A stretch of DNA of 36,384 nt from positions 1 to 36,384 of the forward strand of contig CAZKBY010000001.1 of assembly GCA_964550915.1 (NCBI GenBank), written 5' to 3'. How positions within the stretch are numbered: the stretch's first letter is position 1; each line of letters starts with the position of its first letter. The DNA is from an uncultured Eubacteriales bacterium. GTDB taxonomy: Bacteria; Acidobacteriota; Aminicenantia; Aminicenantales; UBA8522. A model generated the notes under the pieces. The model was given only the letters and a program-made list of their open reading frames with translations, was not told where the DNA came from and did no database searches. A program made the translations under genes and the position numbers. This document shows, piece after piece, positions 8,780-15,470 of this stretch.

Positions 8780-10048
8780 TTACTTCGTACTTTTCTGTTT
8801 AATAAGTTCCTTGCACTTGTTTAATCCGGCTTCGGCCCGCTCTTTTTCCTGGTCGTTTTTGCTCAAATTCAAGGCCCTTTCATAGTAAGGGATAGCTTTT
8901 TGAACTTCTCCCTTAAAAAGATAGTGGCTGCCAAGGTATAGCTGAACCTCATAACTTGAGTGAAATTCCTTTTCGTGCTTAATAAAGTCGATATATTTCG
9001 GCATATATAAATTGTAGGCGACAGGGTGATTGAGAAATTGATCCCTATTATAAGACCCAATAACTATGCCAATGAATAAGATAACGATACCGCTAATCAT
9101 AGCTCGAGACATTTTGCCGAGCCCGCTTTCTTGTCTGTCTCGAGGGACGGGATGTTTTTTCTCAGCCTCAGATTTCATGGCGCTTATCTTGCGAGCCACA
9201 AAATAACATAGAACAGCAAGAATAGCTCCGGCCAGAACATCGACAACATAATGTTCACCCGTGTAAACGATCACAAAAAGCATCAATAACGCGTAGAGAT
9301 AAAACGCCCAAGCTTTCCAACGATAAATCCGCCAAAGGACTAAACCGCAGAGGACAGGAAAAGCCGCATGCAATGAGGGCATGGCAGCAACAGGATTTGT
9401 ATCAAATCCTGAACTGATATCCGGAATGACCATGTTATAGATAACCGCAATGAAGCGAAAAATGCGGGGGAACAGACCAAAGACGTTTGCTGCCATCCAG
9501 GGAGGGACTGTCGGAATGGCAAAATAGCCCAAAAGCCCCAGGAAAATGACCAGATAAAAAGAAATCTTGAAGAAACGAAAATGATTCGATCTGTAAAGCC
9601 AAATGATAAACCCGACCAGAAGAAAAGCAACAAAATGGCTTCCATGAGCTGCGGTCATGAATTTTTCAAACCAAGAAAAATCCGCCGCTGAACGAGGATG
9701 CAAGAGCCATTTTTGCAGATCGACGGGAGGAATGCCCCCGAAGAAAAGCTTTTCCAGTTTTATCACGTAACTGATATATACGGGTAGACCAAATTTACAG
9801 GTGGCGATATAAATGCTTCCTCTCAAGCTGTCAAAAAGATAAATAAACCCGATAAACACAAACCAGTCCTGAAGGAATATTTTTAGTTTCCCTAAAAGGG
9901 CAACGACCAAAAGGACAAAAAGAATCATCAAGATCTTGGGGACAAAAAAGAAGCGCTGGAAGAGAATTGTGATGAGCAGAAGAGACGCCAAGAAGAACAA
10001 AATCAGCAGCAAAGAGTAACTGGTCAGATTTATTTTCTTTTTTGCCAT
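8780..10048 (-). CDS. PAP2-superfamily (PAP2_3/AUR1-like) membrane phosphatase or phosphotransferase fused to a C-terminal TM helix and TPR
   Basis: MPSLHAAFPVL (PSxH) and GEHYVVDVLAGA (HxxxD) are PAP2 C2/C3-type motifs. The C-terminus reads YLGSHYLFKGEVQKAIPYYERALNL (TPR). The track start at 10081 is a TTG. The ATG at 10048 (MAKKKINLTSY) is preferred. Confidence 0.6.
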   Translation of the reverse strand: MAKKKINLTSYSLLLILFFLASLLLITILFQRFFFVPKILMILFVLLVVALLGKLKIFLQDWFVFIGFIYLFDSLRGSIYIATCKFGLPVYISYVIKLEKLFFGGIPPVDLQKWLLHPRSAADFSWFEKFMTAAHGSHFVAFLLVGFIIWLYRSNHFRFFKISFYLVIFLGLLGYFAIPTVPPWMAANVFGLFPRIFRFIAVIYNMVIPDISSGFDTNPVAAMPSLHAAFPVLCGLVLWRIYRWKAWAFYLYALLMLFVIVYTGEHYVVDVLAGAILAVLCYFVARKISAMKSEAEKKHPVPRDRQESGLGKMSRAMISGIVILFIGIVIGSYNRDQFLNHPVAYNLYMPKYIDFIKHEKEFHSSYEVQLYLGSHYLFKGEVQKAIPYYERALNLSKNDQEKERAEAGLNKCKELIKQKSTK

Positions 10049-10057
10049 AGAAATGCA

Positions 10058-10157
10058 ATTTAAGTTATTTTCAGCCGTCAAGTCAACTCGATTTCGAGCC
10101 TTTTTCCCAGGTCAACCTCTGAATTATCTTGACCTTGTGGGAAAAATGAATTAGACT
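10058..10157. promoter_or_regulatory. Divergent promoter region with four GTCAA/TTGAC half-sites and sigma-70-like boxes placed for near-leaderless transcripts
   Basis: Plus strand: TTGACC (10129-10134), N17, TAGACT (10152-10157), 11 nt before the ATG at 10169. Minus strand: TTGACT (rc of 10081-10086), N17, TTAAAT (rc of 10058-10063), 9 nt before the ATG at 10048. Inverted repeat AGGTCAA (10109-10115) / TTGACCT (10129-10135). Confidence 0.3.
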
Positions 10158-10168
10158 CTTAACTCTTC

Positions 10169-12223
10169 ATGCAAAAAAAAGACGGTGCTTTTATTCTCAT
10201 TCTCATCGTCATCCTTTTCGGCGTTTATTGGAAAACCTTTAGTTACGACCTAATCTGGGACGATGAGGTCTTTTTCAAATTCAACCTTCTGTTTATCGAG
10301 AACCATCCGCTGAGCTCGGCGTTCAAATTCGGCTACTTCAGCGAACAGCTTGGGGTCCATAATCAAGACCATTATTACCGCCCGCTCCTTACGCTTTCCT
10401 ATCTTATCGAGAACAGGTTCTGGGGAATCAGGAATGTGACGCTAAGATTGGCGAACCTTCTCATTTTCATTCTGTCGTTGACTTTTTTTTATTCATTTCT
10501 GAAGAAGCAGTATGAAAAGGCTTATTTTGCAGAAATAGCTGTGCTTCTTTTCGCGCTCTACCCTCTTAATATTGATAACATCGTATGGATTGTCGGAAGA
10601 GGAGATCTATTACTCCTCCTCTGGGCTGCCCTGACTTTCCTCTGCCTGGAACTCAACCTGGAAAAGAAAAGAGCCGCCTTCTTAGTCGGATCTTCGTTTT
10701 TTTATTTTCTCGGCATGCTTTCCAAAGAAACGTTTTTGCTCTTTTTTCCGATTCTCATCCTCTACGAATACATCAAGAACAAAAAATTGACGTGGCCTTA
10801 CCATCTGACCAATCTTGGCCTTACTGTTTTCTTCTTTATTCTCAAGAATATCCTCATCGAGGTCAAGAATCTTAGCATCGCTTACAACCCTTTGTCTCTT
10901 GAGAGCCTTAGGGCAGCGCTGGGGACAGTGGGTTTTTACTTCCGGACTATCGTTTTCCCTTTTTCCTATGATATGTTTCTGTCTGTTTCCAGAATGACGA
11001 GTTTGCTTTATATCGGTTTTGGTTTATTATGCGTGGCCTTATTTTTCTTTCTTTTCGTCCAGAGCAAAAAGGATCAAAAGTTCTTGTTGCCATCCGCAAT
11101 CTCAGCCCTCTTTCTGGCAGGGCATGTTCCTCTTATCTTCACAAACATCTATCCTTACCAGATTTATTCACGTTATATGATGGTCTCTGCTTTCGCGATG
11201 ATCTGGCTTCTTACGATCTTCCTCACTCGAATCGAAGAAAAAACAAGATTTGTTCTTGTCTTCATCATCCTCCTGGCCTTTATTCCTTCCCTTGTGTTCA
11301 ATGCAAATTTCTATAAGGATAAAGCAAGTTTCTGGCAGAGAGCTTTGAGAGCTTCTCCCCAGGATCCTTATGTCCTTTTCCAGGCGGCGAAGACCTTTTA
11401 CGAGAATAAAGATTATTTGTCGGCAGAACTCGCTCTCAATAGTTCTCTATCCTTAACCATGAAGAGAGAAACAGCCATCATGATAAGCCAGCTCTATGCG
11501 GATATTGAATTAGCCCGAGCAGATTACGATCACTTTTCCCGCTGGCTCGCCAGCATTGAAGAATTCGAAAAAGACCCGAATATAAGGCTGGCACCTTTTA
11601 TCAGATACCAGATCAACTCCAAAAAAGCCAAAGCTCATATTTCAAAAGGTGACGTAGACAAGGCTGAAAGATTGTTAAAAGAAAATATCGCAGGCTTCGC
11701 CTCCGTAAAAGAAGCTTATTCAGAACTATATGAGCTTTATGTCGGCACTGAACAGTGGGAAAAAGCGCTCCTCTTTGAAAAAACCATGAAAGAAATATTT
11801 CCTAACTACTACGCCCACCTTGATACGGGGAAAATGCAAAAAGAATTTGGCACGCTTTCATTTGAGAAAAAAATGGATTTTTACATCGAAAATCGGGATT
11901 ATTCCGCCGCCATCAACCTTATCAAAACGTTACCGAATCTTAGCCTTGATCAACAGTTTCTTCTTTCCAAACTTTATTATTATCAGGGAAACGTGGTGGA
12001 GGGAGAAAAGATAATCCGCATGATCCTCGAAACTAATCCTAGTAGCTGGGAAATTTTAAATAAGGTTGGCTACTTCTATTTAAGCAATCTCATCCGTGTC
12101 CAAGAGGCCCTGCCCTATTTTGAGAAATCTCTCAGTCTTAATCCCTCTCAGCCCGAAATTATTGACGTTTCGAATAGACTCAAAAACGATTATCTGGCCA
12201 AGCTAAAACCTGTCTGGAAATAG
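10169..12223 (+). CDS. TMTC/DUF1736-like GT-C membrane glycosyltransferase candidate with a long C-terminal TPR domain
   Basis: 684 aa. N-terminal LIWDDEVFF and YYRPLLTLSYLIENRFWG motifs, about 10 helices, then ~300 aa of TPR-like repeats (YENKDYLSAELALNSSL, YYYQGNVVEGEKI, ALPYFEKSLSLNP). Confidence 0.65.
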   Translation: MQKKDGAFILILIVILFGVYWKTFSYDLIWDDEVFFKFNLLFIENHPLSSAFKFGYFSEQLGVHNQDHYYRPLLTLSYLIENRFWGIRNVTLRLANLLIFILSLTFFYSFLKKQYEKAYFAEIAVLLFALYPLNIDNIVWIVGRGDLLLLLWAALTFLCLELNLEKKRAAFLVGSSFFYFLGMLSKETFLLFFPILILYEYIKNKKLTWPYHLTNLGLTVFFFILKNILIEVKNLSIAYNPLSLESLRAALGTVGFYFRTIVFPFSYDMFLSVSRMTSLLYIGFGLLCVALFFFLFVQSKKDQKFLLPSAISALFLAGHVPLIFTNIYPYQIYSRYMMVSAFAMIWLLTIFLTRIEEKTRFVLVFIILLAFIPSLVFNANFYKDKASFWQRALRASPQDPYVLFQAAKTFYENKDYLSAELALNSSLSLTMKRETAIMISQLYADIELARADYDHFSRWLASIEEFEKDPNIRLAPFIRYQINSKKAKAHISKGDVDKAERLLKENIAGFASVKEAYSELYELYVGTEQWEKALLFEKTMKEIFPNYYAHLDTGKMQKEFGTLSFEKKMDFYIENRDYSAAINLIKTLPNLSLDQQFLLSKLYYYQGNVVEGEKIIRMILETNPSSWEILNKVGYFYLSNLIRVQEALPYFEKSLSLNPSQPEIIDVSNRLKNDYLAKLKPVWK

Positions 12224-12231
12224 GGCCAGTT

Positions 12232-13947
12232 TCACTCAGGACTGGGCCTCAAGCTTTTCAGCTCCTCGAGTAACATCTGGGTCTGTTTAGTGCGAAAAAT
12301 TAGGTAGTCTCGAGCATAGAGTTCAGCGGCCTTTTTGTAGTCCTTGACGATGAGATAAAACTTCGCCGCTCGAGTTAAAACAAAATGGTCTCGGGGGAAA
12401 GCCTGAAGCTTTTCCAGAATAATCTTCTCGCCTTCAGATATCTTCCCGGAAAAGGCAAGATAGTAAGCATAATTAAAAGTTGCATGCAAAGATAAAGTTC
12501 TATCGTTTGCCCTCAACTCCTGAAAATAATATTCAGCTCTGGGAAAATCCTTCCTAAACGTAAAATAGATCGCCAGCTCCTCATGGGTTCGGGTTTTCCA
12601 CATATGATAAAGGGGATGGTCCTTTCGGCTAAGGAGGCTTTCGAATAAACCCAAAGCTTTTTTTTCGTCTAGCGGAAGAGTGTGAATTCCGATATTAAAT
12701 TTTGCGATGAGGTCTTCGCGTTCAATTTTCTTGATACTCAGCCAGAAATCCGTCTCGTCCTGGCCATAGAGTTTAGCTTTTGGATAGATCTCGACTGTAT
12801 AGACGATGGCAATAACGACCAGGAGAAAAATGCAGATTGCTTGGGGCTTTATTTTTTGGGTCGTTATTTGCACAATCCATAGAATAAACACTGCTGAAGG
12901 AAAATACAAAAATCTCCAAGCGATAAGAGAAATTGTCGCCGCAGAAAAGCTAACAACCAGCACGGGCAGGAGCGAAAAATAGAAAGCCAGGGAAAAGAAA
13001 AAGGGCCAAATTTTATTTATCTTTTTGAGAACAAGAAAGAAAGATATTCCCAGAAACACAATTAGTGCAAAACCAAAAAACAGGAAGAGACGATTGTCAA
13101 AAACAGAAACTGGGTCGATTGTCATGCTCAGATTAAACGGGAAAATGATTTTCCATGTGTAGAAACCAAATGTCGAAAAAAGGTCGATAAGCGGTCTTCC
13201 CGAATAAATAAATAGAGAGGAGCCAAGGGCGAATTTTCTCATCATTAGCCAGACAGCAAGAACAAAACCAAAGAAGACAAGAGGTAAAGCCATGTCTTTG
13301 GCCTTGAATCGCTTAATGGAGAGGCCAAAAAGGTATAATACCGGCAAAAAGACCGCGCTCTCTTTGGCCAAAAGAGAGGCAAGAAAAAACAGGCAAGAAA
13401 CGGCAAGGTGAAGAGATTTTTTTTGTGCGACAAAACGGAGAAAAAACAAAATTGAGAGCGCAGCCAGAGCAGAGGAGAGCAGGTCTGTCCGGCCGGAAAT
13501 CCAGGCTACATTCTCGAAGTGCAGCGGAAATACAGAAAAAAGCAAGGCACTCATAAAAGAGGCCATCGCGCTAAACCTGAGGCTAACGAGAAGGCTGAAG
13601 ATAAGAACAGAATTGCCAAAATGAATAAGGATATTCGTTAGGTGAAAACCTGCCGGATTTAAATCCCATATTTTAAAATCAAGCCAGTAGCTTAGAGAAG
13701 TCAGAGGCCTATAAAATTGAAGGCTTGGATCAGCCCTCCGATTGGATTTGTCGATCCCAGAATAGCCTCCGAAGGGGCTGAATAGAAAATCCTTGAGAAA
13801 GCGAGGACTTAGGAGATTCTGATTTTCGCTGATAAAATACTTGTCATCCCAGAGAAAACTTCCCCTCATTGAAGGCAAGAAAACGGCCGCGTTCACCGCC
13901 AGCAGAATCAGGATGAAAATAAGCCTAATTTTTCTCGGCTCGTTCAT
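12232..13947 (-). CDS. TMTC/DUF1736-like GT-C membrane glycosyltransferase candidate with C-terminal TPR; paralog of 10169-12223
   Basis: FLWDDKYFISENQNL and FYRPLTSLSYWLDFKIWDLNPAGFHLTNILIH motifs, many helices, and a C-terminal TPR (YYLAFSGKISEGEKI, YLIVKDYKKAAELY). The track start at 13995 is a TTG. The ATG at 13947 (MNEPRKIRLIF) is preferred. Same strand as the pilin genes and directly downstream of them. Confidence 0.65.
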   Translation of the reverse strand: MNEPRKIRLIFILILLAVNAAVFLPSMRGSFLWDDKYFISENQNLLSPRFLKDFLFSPFGGYSGIDKSNRRADPSLQFYRPLTSLSYWLDFKIWDLNPAGFHLTNILIHFGNSVLIFSLLVSLRFSAMASFMSALLFSVFPLHFENVAWISGRTDLLSSALAALSILFFLRFVAQKKSLHLAVSCLFFLASLLAKESAVFLPVLYLFGLSIKRFKAKDMALPLVFFGFVLAVWLMMRKFALGSSLFIYSGRPLIDLFSTFGFYTWKIIFPFNLSMTIDPVSVFDNRLFLFFGFALIVFLGISFFLVLKKINKIWPFFFSLAFYFSLLPVLVVSFSAATISLIAWRFLYFPSAVFILWIVQITTQKIKPQAICIFLLVVIAIVYTVEIYPKAKLYGQDETDFWLSIKKIEREDLIAKFNIGIHTLPLDEKKALGLFESLLSRKDHPLYHMWKTRTHEELAIYFTFRKDFPRAEYYFQELRANDRTLSLHATFNYAYYLAFSGKISEGEKIILEKLQAFPRDHFVLTRAAKFYLIVKDYKKAAELYARDYLIFRTKQTQMLLEELKSLRPSPE

Positions 13948-14061
13948 TGCCAGAAAAGAAACCTGATGTCGGGCACTTTTCCGTACTTTTATCAAAAGTA
14001 TAGGTGCCTGTCAAAAAAAGAAATCGGCACAAGAGGTTAGGAATAGAAAAAAACGAAGTTT

Positions 14062-14604
14062 TTAATTTGTTATTTGAGAAGTCTTAGGGGCATGAATCCA
14101 GGAACCATTCCAGATGATAAGGTCCTGGTCAAAGCTTGTTAGGCTGGTTAGCGGAAAATAGGCTGAATGCGGATCCATAGGATCGAACGTAAAGGCTGTT
14201 TGCTGCCTGTCTCTGCCGTAGGAAATGACCAGAAAATCATCTTCTCCAGTCGCCGTGACGCCCGCGATTCCGGCACCCGAAACCGCCTCAGCGCCACAAT
14301 ATATATAAAACGCACTTCCCCACTGGTCATTCAAAGGAAGAACTTTGAGGTACAACGAGCCCATCATCAAGCTAAAATTTGAATTCGCCACTAACGGTCC
14401 ATTTTGTTCAGGTGCAAAGCCGTGATCCATTATATAGTCTATTATCCCTTTAGCAATGGAATTCATGTCTTGCATTGTCCCTTTCTGTTTCGTTTTTTGG
14501 ATAGAGCTTATAAACTCTGGAAGAAGGAGGGCAGCAAGAATTCCAATAATGACTAAAACCAGAAGAATCTCAATCAGGCTGAATCCTCTTGTCTGCTTTG
14601 CCAT
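14062..14604 (-). CDS. Type IV pilin / GspG-like pseudopilin, second paralog
   Basis: Prepilin leader and cleavage/methylation motif MAKQTRG|FSLIEILLVLVIIGILAALLLP, followed by a GspG-like block (KQKGTMQDMNSIAKGIIDYIMDHG). 180 aa. The C-terminal blocks are shared with 14726-15268. No Shine-Dalgarno sequence. Confidence 0.8.
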   Translation of the reverse strand: MAKQTRGFSLIEILLVLVIIGILAALLLPEFISSIQKTKQKGTMQDMNSIAKGIIDYIMDHGFAPEQNGPLVANSNFSLMMGSLYLKVLPLNDQWGSAFYIYCGAEAVSGAGIAGVTATGEDDFLVISYGRDRQQTAFTFDPMDPHSAYFPLTSLTSFDQDLIIWNGSWIHAPKTSQITN

Positions 14605-14624
14605 GGAGATCTTTATCGTCTTTG

Positions 14625-14659
14625 AAAAAAAGGGGCGACAAGCAGTCCCTTATCGCCCC
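14625..14659 (-). terminator. Rho-independent terminator between the two pilin genes
   Basis: On the minus strand: GGGGCGA (rc of 14653-14659), a 14-nt loop, TCGCCCC (rc of 14632-14638), then TTTTTTT (rc of 14625-14631). It lies 66 nt after the first pilin stop and 20 nt before the second pilin ATG. Confidence 0.65.
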
Positions 14660-14725
14660 CATGTGAGGTCTACTATCTGATTTTCGCGCTCAACAACCTT
14701 CTTTACTCACCTGAGATCACTCGAC

Positions 14726-15268
14726 TTAACTTCCTAGCTGAGCCGACTTGGGAGCGTGAATCCAGTTGCCATTCCAGCTTACTAGGTCCTGGTTGAAGCT
14801 CGTCATCGCCGTGACCGTGAAATACGCTGAGGTCGGGTTCAGGGGGTCAAAGTTGATGGCAGTAAAACTTTTGTCTCGACCATAAGAAGCAACTAGAAAA
14901 TCGTCAACTCCGCAATTGGTAACGCCTGTATAAACGCTATCACAATCTGTTCCAGAATATACCTGGAACGCAGTGCCCCATTGGTCATTCTGAGGTAGGA
15001 CTTTGAGATAGAATCCGCTCAAGTCCGTGTAGAACTGGGTTCCGCCTACCAGTGGACCGTCCGGAGCACTTGTCGGTGCCGTTCCGTTGTCAGTGACGTA
15101 ATCCATGATCGCCGTGGAGATAGAGTTGATGTCCTTCATGGTGCCCTTCTGTTTGGCTTTCTGGATGGCGGAAAGGGCGTTGGGGATGAGAAGCGCAGCC
15201 AGGATGCCGATGATGGCGACAACGATGAGCAGCTCGATCAGCGTAAAACCTCTAACCTTTTTTAACAT
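14726..15268 (-). CDS. pilA: Type IV pilin (probable major pilin), GspG-like N-terminal domain
   Basis: MLKKVRG|FTLIELLIVVAIIGILAALLIP prepilin motif. Perfect AGGAGG 6 nt upstream of the ATG. A sigma-54 promoter lies upstream and pilR/pilS are adjacent. Two Cys (DCDSVYTGVTNC). 180 aa. Confidence 0.85.
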   Translation of the reverse strand: MLKKVRGFTLIELLIVVAIIGILAALLIPNALSAIQKAKQKGTMKDINSISTAIMDYVTDNGTAPTSAPDGPLVGGTQFYTDLSGFYLKVLPQNDQWGTAFQVYSGTDCDSVYTGVTNCGVDDFLVASYGRDKSFTAINFDPLNPTSAYFTVTAMTSFNQDLVSWNGNWIHAPKSAQLGS

Positions 15269-15345
15269 TAAAACCTCCTAAATTCCTTGGTGACTTTTCG
15301 TCAACAAGGTAAAATTTGCCTAAATGCTTAGGCATTTAATGTTTA

Positions 15346-15360
15346 GCAATATCAGTGCCA
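15346..15360 (-). promoter_or_regulatory. Sigma-54 (-24/-12) promoter of the pilin gene
   Basis: The minus strand reads TGGCAC-TGATA-TTGC, an exact match to TGGCAC-N5-TTGC. It lies ~78 nt upstream of the pilin ATG and downstream of a sigma-54-dependent activator gene. Confidence 0.8.
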
Positions 15361-15430
15361 ACTCCCTAAAATATAACTTGCTCATTATAATATAATTAAG
15401 CAACATAAGCCTTTATGTCTTACAACAAAA

Positions 15431-15456
15431 TTGACAATAATTGTCGCTCCTTGACA
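15431..15456 (-). promoter_or_regulatory. Candidate enhancer (UAS) for the PilR-like activator
   Basis: Perfect 13-nt palindrome GACAAT-A-ATTGTC (15433-15445) plus a third TTGACA/GACAA copy at 15451-15456. It lies ~75-95 nt upstream of the -24 element, just after the pilR stop codon. Confidence 0.35.
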
Positions 15457-15470
15457 AAAAAAGGCAAGCT

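Noticed and set aside
10173-10180. A8/T8 homopolymer tracts in the TMTC-like genes (10173-10180, 10483-10490, 12658-12665, 13417-13424) as possible phase-variation switches
   Set aside because: Eight-nucleotide tracts are at the lower limit for slipped-strand switching. They are also expected by chance in Lys/Phe-rich, AT-rich genes, and they cannot be assessed from a single sequence. The idea is worth checking only if population or metagenome reads show length variation.
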